In this document: positions 1 through 38,807 of the stretch, piece by piece | Position numbering within the stretch: the stretch's first letter is position 1 | Layout: each line of letters opens with the position of its first letter | NCBI RefSeq assembly: GCF_009914755.1 | Contig: NC_060941.1 | Direction: 5' to 3' (one strand) | Source: the human T2T-CHM13v2.0 reference genome, Homo sapiens | DNA length: 64,000 bases | Position numbers and translations under genes: made by a program | The notes under the pieces: model-generated | Database searches by the model: none | What the model saw: only the letters and a program-made list of their open reading frames with translations | Told to the model about the DNA's origin: nothing

Positions 1-316
1 AAGAGGGAGACAAAAGAAACAGGGCCAGTGGTTTCACTGTAGACAATGGTCTATCTGTCCTGCAGATGAGTCAGAACTAAGACCCCTTGAGGAATCATGT
101 TGCTTTGGTGCCAGCTGTCTGGTTTCTATTCCATATCCTGTGCCGCACCCTTCCCCCAGCCACAGTGACATCTGGAGGCTCTGACCACAGCTGGCAGGCT
201 CTGTGGTACCGCAGAGGCCAATCTTCAACAGGAAGTCTTGGGGGAACATTTCTTCCCCCAAAACACCAGGCCTCTGGGCCTGGGCCACTTCTCTCCCTCA
301 GACAGCCCAGGGTTTC

Positions 317-709
<393 letters not shown>

Positions 710-1007
710 AGTTTTTTTTTTTAAAAAGCCGTGAGAGGGCTGTCAGGAGGCAGTGCTCCTGGGCAGAAAGAAGGCTGGCACCAGTTTCTAAGTCTCCATT
801 CCGCCAGGCGGACAAGCCTCTCTGGCGGTTGTTGGTTATCACTTGTAAAATATAAACAGTAATAACTGTCCTCCCTACCTCACAGAGTGTGTTGCGAGGG
901 CCAAATGGAATGTGACTGTTGAAGTACTTAGGAAAGTTAAAAAGCTCCTTCCTATGGAAGGTGGCATGGAGGCGCCGGGGGGATTCCATGTCAAAAGTCC
1001 CAGTTCT

Positions 1008-1345
<338 letters not shown>

Positions 1346-1379
1346 CTAAGAGGCTGGCATCTCTGGGAACAGCCTCCGG

Positions 1380-6930
<5,551 letters not shown>

Positions 6931-6954
6931 GAAGAAGAAGAAGAAGAAGAAGAA
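6931..6954 (+). repeat. (GAA)8 microsatellite after an Alu poly-A tail
   Basis: Poly-A run followed by eight perfect GAA units. Confidence 0.95.
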
Positions 6955-7313
6955 GAGAAGCAGGGAAAGGCCGTTATGGCGAGACCGAGGGAGTGGAGGG
7001 AAGAGAGGCCAGAGGGAAGGTGGCCAGGGCCGGGCCAGGCCTTGTTAAGGAGTTTCAGAAGACCCACGGGCAGGCTAACTTCCTGCGGGTCGTGCCTGTG
7101 GAGAGGAACCTGCGGCAGCCAGAGTCCCACAGGCCAGGGCCTGGGCACCTCTGCCGCTGTTACGTGGAGGGGGTGGTGTGGGACAGCCGGCCCGGGCTGG
7201 GCTCTTGGCAGAGCTGCAGCCGCAGGTGGTTGAGTGGGGTGCCGTGGGGTGGGGTGGGAGGGGTGATGAGCCCCTGTTATCTGAGGAGCTCAGGGCCTGC
7301 TCCCACCCCGCAG

Positions 7314-7421
7314 ATACAGCCTGCAAGATGGTCCGCTGGCTGTCTGCCAAGCTCGGCCCCACAGTGGCCTCTCGCCACGTGGCCCGGAACCTGCTCCGCC
7401 TGCTGACGTCTTGTTATGTTG
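7314..7421 (+). CDS. WDR81: WDR81 exon 2
   Basis: cag|AT ACA GCC TGC AAG ATG...GTT G|gtaagg; phase 1-1. Confidence 0.95.
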
Positions 7422-7688
7422 GTAAGGAGGCCTGCGGTCAGTGCTGGAGATGAGGCTTTCTCCCAGGCCCTCTGCCTAGCTTCAGCGCTCTCCGGCGGGG
7501 ATCCTTCTCACCCCTCCCTCAAACCACCCCCCGGCCAGGTGCTGGGTCCCAGTCTAAGTGCCAGCCTTGGGTAGGGCCAGGCTGGGCCCCCAGCTAGAGT
7601 GAGCTCAAGCGGCCAGCACAGCCCTGCAGGGCCAGGCTACCCCCGGCCCTCCACTGGCGACTCAGGGCTGCTGGCCCTTCCGTGGCAG

Positions 7689-7879
7689 GACCCACTCGGC
7701 AGCAGTTCACAGTGAGCAGTGGCGAGAGCCCACCGCTGAGCGCCGGCAACATCTACCAGAAGAGGCCGGTCCTGGGCGACATCGTGTCAGGGCCTGTGCT
7801 CAGCTGCCTCCTCCACATCGCCCGCCTGTATGGGGAGCCTGTCCTCACCTACCAGTACCTGCCCTACATCAGCTACCTG
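7689..7879 (+). CDS. WDR81: WDR81 exon 3
   Basis: cag|GA CCC ACT...TAC CTG|gtcagt. Confidence 0.95.
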
Positions 7880-8001
7880 GTCAGTCGCTGGTTTGGCAGG
7901 CCCGGGGCTGGGAAGGCTGAGGACCTGAGGGCCGGCCCGGGCTCTCTTGGTGCCAGGGGGTCTGTGGGGCTGCCCGGCCCTCATCTGCTCGGTGGCTCTA
8001 G

Positions 8002-8193
<192 letters not shown>

Positions 8194-8279
8194 TAGGCCT
8201 CTGCCCCAGCTGATGTAGGGGGACCGGCCCAGCGGAGGGGCTGCCCAGGAGGGGGTGGGAAGCTCAGGGGAGAGGACGT

Positions 8280-8375
8280 AACACTGGACTGGGTGTCAAG
8301 AGTCCTGGTTTTGATCCCGGCTGTGTGACCCTGAGCAAACCACACCCTTTTCCTGTGCCTCAGTTTCCTCATCTG
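8280..8375 (+). mobile_element. MIR fragment
   Basis: gctgtgtgaccctgagcaa...tgcctcagtttcctcatct MIR core. Confidence 0.75.
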
Positions 8376-8422
8376 GTTTGGACCAGTTGGTCTTGGAGCT
8401 CTTTCATTTAAAGCTTTTGATA

Positions 8423-9863
<1,441 letters not shown>

Positions 9864-10294
9864 TAAGAGCCAGCAGGATGGGTGAGAGCAAAGGGATTTG
9901 GCCTCAGACCCCTACCCCCAAGGTGACACACAAACAAGGACTGAGCAGTAGCCAGCAAGAGAGGCCCAGAAGCTGGCCTGTAGTGTCCCTGGGGAAGGCA
10001 GGAGAGTCAGGGAGGTGGACTGGCGGTCCGCAGGAGCTGGCGAGAGGGAAGGAGTGGCCTCCTGTTTACGAAGCTTCCCCTCTGGGCCCTGCACGGTGCT
10101 GTGCTGATCGTTTCAGCGTGTCATCTCCCTGGAGAGGACAGACAGCCTTGTGGTTACACCTGTTATCATCCTGCCACTGAAATCTAAGCTTGGGAGGCCA
10201 GGGCACCACCTGTCTTTTTCCATATTCTATTCCTAGTGCCCAGCACGGCACGGCACATATAGAAGATGCTCATGTGTACATCACAACGGAATGA

Positions 10295-11272
<978 letters not shown>

Positions 11273-11432
11273 TAGGAGAACAGTTAGGGCTTCGAATCTG
11301 TTAGACTTGAGTCTGAATTGGCTCCACCGGCTTACTTGCTGAGTGACCTTGAGCAAGTTCCTGCTGCTGGAAGCGTCTCCTTTCCCATCTATAAACTGAG
11401 AATCAGAAAAACTGGCTTAGAAGATAACACAC

Positions 11433-12758
<1,326 letters not shown>

Positions 12759-12824
12759 TAGTTTCTCTTTGGTGCTAGATCACCCACAGCCACACATCCT
12801 GCGGGGCAGGACTCTGGCCTGTGA

Positions 12825-13217
<393 letters not shown>

Positions 13218-13889
13218 TAGGGTCTGCCTGCCCGGGTTCAGGCTCGAACTGGTCTGTCTTATATACCTGGTCCAGGACTAACTGGGCAGGGAGGGTAGCC
13301 CTCTCGGTCCACCTTGGGAGCCAGTTGCACTGCAGGGGTCTCAGCAGGAGGCAGGCCATGGGGGCGGGAGCCACGGGGCAGTGGGGCGGGAGCTATGGGG
13401 CAGGGCTGACCCTGTTGCTCATGGCGATGTTCTAATGAGTAACCCTTGTCCATATTTGTCTTGCTTGGAGGATCAGGGGTCAGGCCCTGTCCGTGACCTA
13501 GTTCAGGTTAAATAAAGCTGAGCTGGGAGGCTGTTTACTGCCTGTAGACCGCTGAGCAGAGTCCATGGCCCTGCCGGGCTGCCCTGGCTGGGGGCAGGAG
13601 CACGCCTGGGCATGGGGATCCTGCCCCCGTCTCCTTCCCCTCCCCCTCCCTCCATTCTCAGTCACAGGCCTCGGGGAGCTGCTCAGGGAGGCCCAGGAGG
13701 GGAGGAACAGGGCTTCGTGTGGGAGGATTTCTGCAGGCAGCTGGGACTTTCCTCCCCAGCTTGGCTGGAGGCCAGGAGTCTTGCATTGCCCTGCTGACAG
13801 CAGGCTGTCGCTGGCTCCCTCCAGAGCCCCAGGGAACCCTCAGCTCAAGGTGCCCCCAAATTCTAACTTTCCAAGAAAGTGTCAGGAGG

Positions 13890-14080
13890 GCTCTGGGGTC
13901 AGCCTGGGTGTTAATCCCAGCTCTGCTGCTTGCTGGCCCCATGACCTTGGTATGGTTACTTCACTTCTCTGAGCCTCGCTTTTCCTGTTTGTGAAATGGG
14001 GACAATGGCAGCATCCACCGCATAGGGTTGTTACGAAGGTCAAGGTCGTCACGTGCACGCCTGGCACCATGCCTGTGCGT
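13890..14080 (+). mobile_element. MIR fragment
   Basis: atcccagctctgct...cacttctctgagcctcgc...tgtgaaatgggg MIR core. Confidence 0.72.
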
Positions 14081-14276
14081 AGTTCTCAAGTTAGAGTGAC
14101 GACTGGGTTACGGATGCTGAGCGTATTAAAATGAACCAACGTGAATATGGTGTGTGTGGGAGGGTGGCGGCTTGTCACCCACCCAGGACGGCCTGTCTCC
14201 CTGGAGAGAAACTGCGGAGGGAACTGGGAAGGCCTTGGGGCCCAAGGGTATGCAGAAGGACCCAGGCTCCTGCTGA

Positions 14277-14618
<342 letters not shown>

Positions 14619-15496
14619 ACTGAGGCAGGAGCTGGCCGGGCAAGGGTGGGAAGACATCTGCGGGCGCGTGTCCACTCACCCTGTTCCCTGAGCAGCAGCT
14701 CCCTCCAGGGAGGCCCTGGGTCCCACGCCCTGGGTGCCCACATGGCCTGCCAACTAGGGCCTGCAAATGGAGTGGGGGAGTCCTGGCCCCTGAATCACCA
14801 GAGCCACCAAGCCTGCCAGAGGGGTCTCATTCATGGCTTGGGGACACAGGGCTCCTAGCAAGCAGGAAGTTAAGAGCAGGAGGAAGCGTTGCTACCTTCA
14901 CTTCTCCCCAGCTCCGCCCTCTGGGTCCACATGAGGACAGGGAAGCTCGGGAAGGGGAAGGGAGACTGGCCCTGCCCAGCCGGTCTCTAGCCCCTCAGCC
15001 CCCGCTGGGCACTCTCTGTCCCATCCCTCTAGGACAGGGAAGCTGGCCTGGTCCAGGGCACTGATGGTGCTTGGATTCCAGCCTAAGGAAGGCTGGCCGT
15101 GGTCCAGGAGTTAAGGGCTTGGGTCTGGGGTTTAAGTGGCCACCCATCCAGGCCCTGGCCAGTGTGGGACCGGGACGGGAAGGAAGAAGGAGGCTAGGAG
15201 CAGGGGGAAAAGGTGCACTTGGCCAGTGGCGCCTGCCAGGAGTGAGTCCATGCGTTGTCTGCCCACCCCTACCACAGTGTTTGTGCCTTCAGCTGAGGGG
15301 GCAGCCTCTGGGCCCTGAACCCCTGCTGGGGCTCCACGACCCTGAGAGAAGGGGTGAGAAGAATCATCTCTGCACCTCGGGTCTCTGCCAGAGGAAGACT
15401 TAAGCATCCCTGCGACCTCACATTCTAGACAGAGATGAGGTCCAGGGGTTGGCCCCTGCTGCCTTCTCACAATTTGCAATAGATGTAAATAGGACC

Positions 15497-15502
15497 AATA
15501 AA
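15497..15502 (+). terminator. WDR81: WDR81 polyadenylation signal AATAAA
   Basis: First AATAAA after the stop codon, followed by U-rich sequence. Confidence 0.85.
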
Positions 15503-15526
15503 TCCTTTGGAAGAGCCATGGGGTGA

Positions 15527-19526
<4,000 letters not shown>

Positions 19527-20029
19527 GTGATCTTTGCACGGGCTGCCAGGCTTCTGGTTCATACAGCCCCAGGTCAGTTTCCAGAACCCTCGCTCTTGGG
19601 TAGGGGAAAGAGACATTGCTCTGGAGTGGCAGGACGGTGGGAGAAGTTGAGTCCCTCTCATTTCTCCTCCCTCACCCCCTGCCTTCCATCCCAGTCTGAA
19701 GGCAGCCAACCTGATCCTGGGCTTGGAAGGTTGGGGGTGGGCTTCCTATCCTGGGCTCTCTGCATAGGCTCTTGTGGCTTCCCCTTTCCTCCCCTCAGGA
19801 GCGGGAGGCAGCTCTCTGGGAGAAGAAAGGACATTGGGAGTGAGAATCTGGATGTGCCTCAGCCCAGCTCTGTGTCCTTGGGCAGGTCACATGGCCTCTC
19901 TGAGCCTGGCTGAACCAGGGATAATCCACACCTCGTGGGGTCTCTGGAAGGCTTAACACAGTGCTAGGTTCCTGTGCTTTCTGGATCCGCCCTCTTGGCT
20001 AGCCAGATCCAGTCTCTTCAACTCTCTCC

Positions 20030-20225
20030 TCCTGAACTTTCTCTTTCCAGGCTCGGGGGGGGGGACCCAAATATAGGGGGTTCTGCGTGGCTGCCTCAGG
20101 GTTAGATGCCCTGGTGGGAAAGGGGCTTCTGGCTTCAAGATCAATGTTTAACTGGATGTGCAAGTCAATATTTACCAGAAGAGAAAGCAATCTGAACAGG
20201 GGTTGGCTGAGAGTAAAGGTCCTGG
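20030..20225 (+). promoter_or_regulatory. SERPINF2: SERPINF2 proximal promoter with liver-factor motifs
   Basis: ATCAATGTTTAAC (20140-20152) and GTCAATATTTACC (20164-20176) resemble HNF1/FOXA sites; AGAGTAAAGGTCC (~20210-20222) resembles an HNF4 DR1. Confidence 0.6.
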
Positions 20226-20259
20226 TGGGAGGGGAGGGGTGGGCTGGGCCAGCTGGAGC

Positions 20260-20331
20260 CTGGGCAGAGAGTGAGGAGCACCCAAGTGGGGCCAGAGGAA
20301 CGTTGTGTGTGGCAGCAAGGAGCCCGCAGAG
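20260..20331 (+). other. SERPINF2: SERPINF2 non-coding exon 1 (5' end approximate)
   Basis: Donor GAG|gtatga at 20332 just downstream of the promoter motifs. Confidence 0.7.
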
Positions 20332-20801
20332 GTATGAGGGGAGGGGCTGCTCGGCCTGCTCCTTGGGTAGGAGAGGAGGAGGGAGCTGCCTCCCTGGCTG
20401 AGGGGTCTGGGATTTATTCAGGAGGCCTGTCACTCCCCAGCCTCTTCTGGGACTTGAAAAACTGGAGCCTGTTCTTGGCAAGAAGATTCTAATGCCCAGG
20501 TCGGAGTCGGGGCCCTGGCCAAGGGCTCTTGTGTGGGATGGGGGTGGGGCCGGGGGGACCAAAGGATCCTCCAGAAGGGTTGGCCCCAAGATGGGGGTGG
20601 GCTGGAGGTAGCTGAGACCTGCTCTGACTTATCCTCCTGAGACCAACACCTGCCCTTCCCAGAGCCAGCCTGGAGCAGAGGCCTGTGATGCTCCTAAGTG
20701 CAGAGGTGGCTCTGGCCAGAGTCATTCACTGGGCTCTGCTGCTGGGTCAAAAGGCAGCTCTCTGGCTGCCTTGCCACCCCTGGTGAGACCTCAGGGCCTC
20801 A

Positions 20802-21935
<1,134 letters not shown>

Positions 21936-22418
21936 ATCCCAAAAAGACGGTCTTATTTTGGTCCTCACCATGCATGTGAGAAGAGTGAGGGACTTGTGCC
22001 ACCGTTTTACAAGGTAAGGCCAAGCCTGGTGGAGTTACGGGAAATGCCGAGGTCCTTTGGCAAGAGGTAGCCTGGATTCAGACACAGATCTGATTCACAG
22101 CGCAGGGCCTTGTAGAATGAGAACGTTTTTGATTTGGTATCTCCCTCCTATTCACCAAAACACCCTCAGTGCATGAAATGCATGAAATATGAAACACCAG
22201 AAACTAAAAAGGGGGAGAAGCCAGGGCGGATGTCCCAGCTGCAGGAGTGGGAGCCGCTGCTCGTGTGTTTGGGGTCTGTTCTGATTCTGGAGCCTGCTTC
22301 TTCCCCTTGGCAATCATGACCCAGGACTTGGCGTTATCTGTGATCGCGTGGGTAGGATTCCCTGGCGGGCGTGGGGATGTGAGATGGGAACAGAGCTTTC
22401 TGTCCCTGCCACAGGAAC

Positions 22419-22481
22419 ATGGCGCTGCTCTGGGGGCTCCTGGTGCTCAGCTGGTCCTGCCTGCAAGGCCCCTGCTCCGTG
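22419..22481 (+). CDS. SERPINF2: SERPINF2 exon 2 coding part (signal peptide [21 protein letters not shown])
   Basis: cag|GAAC ATG; donor GTG|gtgagg. Confidence 0.96.
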
Positions 22482-22597
22482 GTGAGGCTGGGCTGAAGTC
22501 AAGGTGGGGTGGGGTGGAGGGGGAAGAAGAGGGGCGTTGGCATGGAGGGAGGGCTTGGCTCCGAGGGGACCTCCTATCCTCATCCCTTTCTCCACAG

Positions 22598-22636
22598 TTC
22601 TCCCCTGTGAGCGCCATGGAGCCCTTGGGCCGGCAG
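22598..22636 (+). CDS. SERPINF2: SERPINF2 exon 3 (FSPVSAMEPLGRQ)
   Basis: cag|TTC...CAG|gtact. Confidence 0.95.
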
Positions 22637-22755
22637 GTACTGGGGAGTGAGGAGCCTGTGATGGGGGGAAGGTCCCGGGGGTCTCACTGGTGGCTTGGGC
22701 AGGGTGGGGGGCCTGTGGGAAGGGTCGGTCTCCATCTGCTTGCTCCTTTCCGCAG

Positions 22756-22818
22756 CTAACTAGCGGGCCGAACCAGGAGCAGGTGTCCCCACTTACCCTC
22801 CTCAAGTTGGGCAACCAG
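22756..22818 (+). CDS. SERPINF2: SERPINF2 exon 4 ([21 protein letters not shown]; includes the factor XIIIa cross-linking Gln)
   Basis: cag|CTA...CAG|gtacaa; NQEQVSPL is the known Asn-form N-terminus. Confidence 0.96.
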
Positions 22819-23130
22819 GTACAACCAGGTGGGGCTGGGGAAGAGTGGGCGGGGCTAGAGGGAGGAGGGCCCATCGGCAGGGGTCGGGGGGTGGGGGCGC
22901 GTGCTGAGGCTGAGGCTCTGGAGTCCAGAGGCCAGAAGGGAGAGAGGGTGGGGAGGACCGAAGGTGGGCGCCAGGCCCCAGAATGCCAGTGCCCTCCGTC
23001 TGACGCTCCCTCTTCCCTGGGGCTGGGACAAGGCCCTGCTGTCCTCAGGCACAGGGGCTGTGACAAGGCCTTCAACACAGAACCTGGAGCTGACCCCTTG
23101 ACCTCCCTGACCCCTGATCTGTCCCTGCAG

Positions 23131-23332
23131 GAGCCTGGTGGCCAGACTGCCCTGAAGAGTCCCCCAGGAGTCTGCAGCAGAGACCCCACCCCAGAGCAGA
23201 CCCACAGGCTGGCCCGGGCCATGATGGCCTTCACTGCCGACCTGTTCTCCCTGGTGGCTCAAACGTCCACCTGCCCCAACCTCATCCTGTCACCCCTGAG
23301 TGTGGCCCTGGCGCTGTCTCACCTGGCACTAG
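23131..23332 (+). CDS. SERPINF2: SERPINF2 exon 5
   Basis: cag|GAG CCT...CTA G|gtaccc; [13 protein letters not shown] serpin motif. Confidence 0.96.
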
Positions 23333-23393
23333 GTACCCTGGCACCACTTGTCCAGACCAAGAGAGCTGGGAGGCCAGTAGGAACTCAGTACTC

Positions 23394-24190
<797 letters not shown>

Positions 24191-24441
24191 TTTCCCACTG
24201 TGCTGGAGGGTCTCACTGTGGGAAACGGAAGCCCAGAGAGGGAAGGTAACTTGTGGGGGGTGAGGTCACCCAGCCTGTCAGCCACAGGGGTGAGAGTCAC
24301 GCAGAACAGATCCGTGGCTGTGGAAGGATGGCGTGTGGTCCCGTGGACGTCCTCGTCACGGGTATCCAGGAGGGACTGGAGTGGGCAGTGGGGGTGAGAA
24401 AGGACCCGCAGCCGGGCCTCAGCCTGTGCGGTGCCCTCCAG

Positions 24442-24585
24442 GTGCTCAGAACCACACGTTGCAGAGGCTGCAACAGGTGCTGCACGCAGGCTCAGGGCCC
24501 TGCCTCCCCCATCTGCTGAGCCGCCTCTGCCAGGACCTGGGCCCCGGCGCGTTCCGACTGGCTGCCAGGATGTACCTGCAGAAAG
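24442..24585 (+). CDS. SERPINF2: SERPINF2 exon 6
   Basis: cag|GT GCT CAG...AAA G|gtagg. Confidence 0.96.
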
Positions 24586-24731
24586 GTAGGCGCTGATGGC
24601 AGGGAGCTCCCTCAGTCCTGCCCTGGGTGGAGGAGGGTGAGAGCAAGGGGCTGGGCCTCTGGTAGCGAGTAGGGGCGTGTCTGGCTGTGGAGCCTGGAGC
24701 CCTGGGAACAGCTTGTGCTGCCTCCGTGCAG

Positions 24732-24935
24732 GATTTCCCATCAAAGAAGATTTCCTGGAACAATCCGAACAGCTATTTGGGGCAAAGCCCGTGAGCCTGA
24801 CGGGAAAGCAGGAAGATGACCTGGCAAACATCAACCAATGGGTGAAGGAGGCCACGGAGGGGAAGATTCAGGAATTCCTCTCTGGGCTGCCGGAAGACAC
24901 CGTGTTGCTTCTCCTCAACGCCATCCACTTCCAGG
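24732..24935 (+). CDS. SERPINF2: SERPINF2 exon 7
   Basis: cag|GA TTT CCC...CAG G|gtgcg; [13 protein letters not shown] and [11 protein letters not shown] serpin motifs. Confidence 0.96.
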
Positions 24936-24994
24936 GTGCGCTCCTCCTCCTCTCAGATCCCCCACCCTGTAGGCTGAGCTGGGACGTGCAGGCC

Positions 24995-26162
<1,168 letters not shown>

Positions 26163-26567
26163 GTCACCCTTGGTTGTCCAGCAGGCTGGGCCTGAGGCTG
26201 GGAGGTGGGGAAGGGAGTGGACAGGCTGTGGAGCAGGCACAGGGATGGGTGGAGGCTGTCTCGCCTTCCTTGCCTCCACGTCCCCTAGGCAGGCAACTGC
26301 AAAAGGTCCCATGATCCCCCATCCTACCTGGCAGGAGGACTGAGGCTCCAGGCTCTTTGAGGTTTAGTAATTCAGTGAAAATATACTGGGCATTTGCTGT
26401 GTTCCAGATACTGTTCTAAGCACTAGGGTTTTTGTGGAGCATGAGGGAGGCCAGGTCTCTGCTCTTAGGAAGGAGGATACACAGTGCAACAGTGAATGGA
26501 CATCAACACAGGAATTCCAGACGCTGGGAAGCGCTGTGGAGGGAAAGCTGAAAAAGAAGGTGATTTT

Positions 26568-29050
<2,483 letters not shown>

Positions 29051-29280
29051 ACACTGCTAGAAACTTTAAAAGCATCTCATTCGGTTACGTGTCCGCCTGC
29101 AGTGGGACAGGTAGTATGACTCCACCCCACTGTGAGGAAGTGGAGGAGCAGTGGGGTCAGTCACACGCCTGGCAGGATGGCCAGGAGCCCCATTGTCTGC
29201 CTTAGGAGCACCTGCTGGCCCCACCCCCACTTAGCTTCGGGGCTTTCTGTCCTCATGCTCTTCCCTTCCCTTTTCTGTAG

Positions 29281-30427
<1,147 letters not shown>

Positions 30428-30816
30428 TCAGCCATTTGCTAAGCAGCTGCTGTATTCCAGGCACTGTACCAGGCACCGGGAGCCCACCATGTACAAACAG
30501 CTGAGTCTAATGGGGTGGGCAGACGAGCAATCACATACTTACTACAGCATAAGCGATAAGACAGAGAGGGCTTCTCTCCAGCTCACCTGGGAGAACACTG
30601 AAAATGTACCTTGGTTGGACTTTAGAGCTGGGGATCAGGGAAGGCTTCCTGGAGGAGGTGGTGTTTAAGCTGAGTCTTGGAAACCGGATAGGAATGAAGC
30701 AGGTATCTGTGAGTTCAAGCTGTTCCCTGGCCAGGATCTCAGACACCCTCCCAAGCAGCTCCAGGAGCCTGTGAGGCCAAGGGCAGCTCTGACCAGCCAT
30801 CTCTGGCCCTGGGCAG

Positions 30817-31229
30817 GCCTGCAGGAGTTGTTCCAGGCCCCAGACCTGCGTGGGATCTCCGAGCAGAGCCTGGTGGTGTCCGGCGTGCAGCATCAGTCCA
30901 CCCTGGAGCTCAGCGAGGTCGGCGTGGAGGCGGCGGCGGCCACCAGCATTGCCATGTCCCGCATGTCCCTGTCCTCCTTCAGCGTGAACCGCCCCTTCCT
31001 CTTCTTCATCTTCGAGGACACCACAGGCCTTCCCCTCTTCGTGGGCAGCGTGAGGAACCCCAACCCCAGTGCACCGCGGGAGCTCAAGGAACAGCAGGAT
31101 TCCCCGGGCAACAAGGACTTCCTCCAGAGCCTGAAAGGCTTCCCCCGCGGAGACAAGCTTTTCGGCCCTGACTTAAAACTTGTGCCCCCCATGGAGGAGG
31201 ATTACCCCCAGTTTGGCAGCCCCAAGTGA
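30817..31229 (+). CDS. SERPINF2: SERPINF2 exon 10 coding part (reactive centre loop [17 protein letters not shown] motif, C-terminal Lys)
   Basis: cag|GC CTG CAG...GSPK*; exons sum to 1476 nt = 491 aa + stop. Confidence 0.97.
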
Positions 31230-31941
31230 GGGGCCGTGGCTGTGGCATCCAGAGTCCCTGCCTGGACCAGCCTCTCCACTCATGTGACTCTTTCCAACCG
31301 GCTTTGTGGCACTGGGGCAGGGGCCGGGGGCAGTCTGAGAGAGGCCATTCTTTCCCAACACCTCTTGGGGAGTTTAGGGTGGGGGGGGGCGCGGCTGGGA
31401 GGAGGGCAGGCATCGGGGAGCCGGGAGCCTGACCCTCATCTTTCTTCCAAACAGGCTCAGAGGGTGTCCTGCACCGGGGCCTGGGCAGGAGGGAGGTGCT
31501 TCTAGTTCTGCCAGGAGACAGGTTAGCTGCTCCCCACGTCAGCTGGGACACCCCGACTTTTGTTTACCAGAGAAAAAGGGAGGGGGAGAGGGCTGCCTTT
31601 GGACTTGTCCCGGGACACCTAGGCTAGGGTGGGGAGAGACGGGCCCTGGTGGTGGCTCGGGAGGCGAAGCGTTGTCCTCAGCCCCGCGTGGAACTCGTGT
31701 CTGGCACAGCCTGGCTGTGGCCTAACCTGCCGAGAGTCCATCAGCCTCCATCCTACCCCCTGTGCCTTGTCACGCCAGACTTCCCACGGCTCCTCGAGAT
31801 CCCAACACTGCCAGCATTTCCCTTCCTTCCTCTCCTGTCTCCCTCCTCTGCCCGGGAGCTCAGGAACCGAGGCAGGGAAGGATCCCATGAGCTCCTTAAG
31901 GCTCTTTTGTAAGGTTTTTGTAGTGATTTTTATGCCACCTG

Positions 31942-31947
31942 AATAAA
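31942..31947 (+). terminator. SERPINF2: SERPINF2 polyadenylation signal AATAAA
   Basis: First AATAAA after the stop codon, followed by GU-rich sequence. Confidence 0.87.
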
Positions 31948-32978
31948 GAATGAATGGGCCTGGCTGGTTTGATGTCACCGTTCTGGGCATGGGTGGGGAC
32001 AAGTGAGGATGGTGGGGAAGGCAGGGAGGCGGCCGCAGGGTGGACTGTGCTGAGGAACCCTGGGCCCAGCAGGGGTGGCAGCCCGCGCAGTGCCACGTTT
32101 GGCCTCTGGCCGCTCGCCAGGCATCCTCCACCCCGTGGTCCCCTCTGACCTCGCCAGCCCTCCCCCGGGACACCTCCACGCCAGCCTGGCTCTGCTCCTG
32201 GCTTCTTCTTCTCTCTATGCCTCAGGCAGCCGGCAACAGGGCGGCTCAGAACAGCGCCAGCCTCCTGGTTTGGGAGAAGAACTGGCAATTAGGGAGTTTG
32301 TGGAGCTTCTAATTACACACCAGCCCCTCTGCCAGGAGCTGGTGCCCGCCAGCCGGGGGCAGGCTGCCGGGAGTACCCAGCTCCAGCTGGAGACAGTCAG
32401 TGCCTGAGGATTTGGGGGAAGCAGGTGGGGAAACCTTGGCACAGGGCTGACACCTTCCTCTGTGCCAGAGCCCAGGAGCTGGGGCAGCGTGGGTGACCAT
32501 GTGGGTGGGCACGCTTCCCTGCTGGGGGTGCAGGGGGTCCACGTGGCAGCGGCCACCTGGAGCCCTAATGTGCAGCGGTTAAGAGCAAGCCCCTGGAAGT
32601 CAGAGAGGCCTGGCATGGAGTCTTGCTTCTTGCAAACGAGCCGTGTGGAGAGAGAGATAGTAAATCAACAAAGGGAAATACATGGTCTGTCCGAGGATGA
32701 GCTGCCGGAGAGCAATGGTGAAAGTGAAGTGGGGGAGGGGGCGGGGCTGGGAGGAAAAGCCTTGTGAGAAGGTGACACGAGAGCACGGCCTTGAAGGGGA
32801 AGAAGGAGGGCACTATGGAGGTCCCGGCGAAGCGTGGCCTGGCCGAGGAACGGCATGTGCAGAGGTCCTGCCGAGGAGCTCAAGACAAGTAGGGGACGGT
32901 GGGGCTGGAGTGGAGAGAGTGAGTGGGAGGAGGAGTAGGAGTCAGAGAGGAGCTCAGGACAGATCCTTTAGGCTCTAG

Positions 32979-38528
<5,550 letters not shown>

Positions 38529-38599
38529 CTGAAGGAAAATCTAAAGGAAGAGGAAGGTGTGCAAATGTGTGCGCCTTAGGCGTAATGGATGGTGGTGCA

Positions 38600-38670
38600 G
38601 CAGTGGGTTAAAGTTAACACGAGACAGTGATGCAATCACAGAATCCAAATTGAGTGCAGGTCGCTTTAAG
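38600..38670 (+). promoter_or_regulatory. SERPINF1: SERPINF1 proximal promoter; C/EBP-ATF element TGATGCAAT at 38628-38636
   Basis: Motif read directly ~65 bp upstream of the approximate start of exon 1. Confidence 0.6.
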
Positions 38671-38699
38671 AAAGGAGTAGCTGTAATCTGAAGCCTGCT

Positions 38700-38807
38700 G
38701 GACGCTGGATTAGAAGGCAGCAAAAAAAGCTCTGTGCTGGCTGGAGCCCCCTCAGTGTGCAGGCTTAGAGGGACTAGGCTGGGTGTGGAGCTGCAGCGTA
38801 TCCACAG
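38700..38807 (+). other. SERPINF1: SERPINF1 non-coding exon 1 (5' end approximate)
   Basis: Matches the PEDF 5'UTR as I recall it (GGACGCTGGATTAGAAGGCAGC...); donor CAG|gtaaag at 38808. Confidence 0.85.

Noticed and set aside
22011-22020. Strong donor AAG|GTAAGG in SERPINF2 intron 1
   Set aside because: It lies in MIR-like sequence and I could not identify a matching acceptor or start site
32545-32570. Possible CTCF site (reverse GGCTCCAGGTGGCCGC) downstream of SERPINF2, with nearby TAAT motifs
   Set aside because: Only a partial match by eye; cannot be supported without a PWM scan or ChIP data
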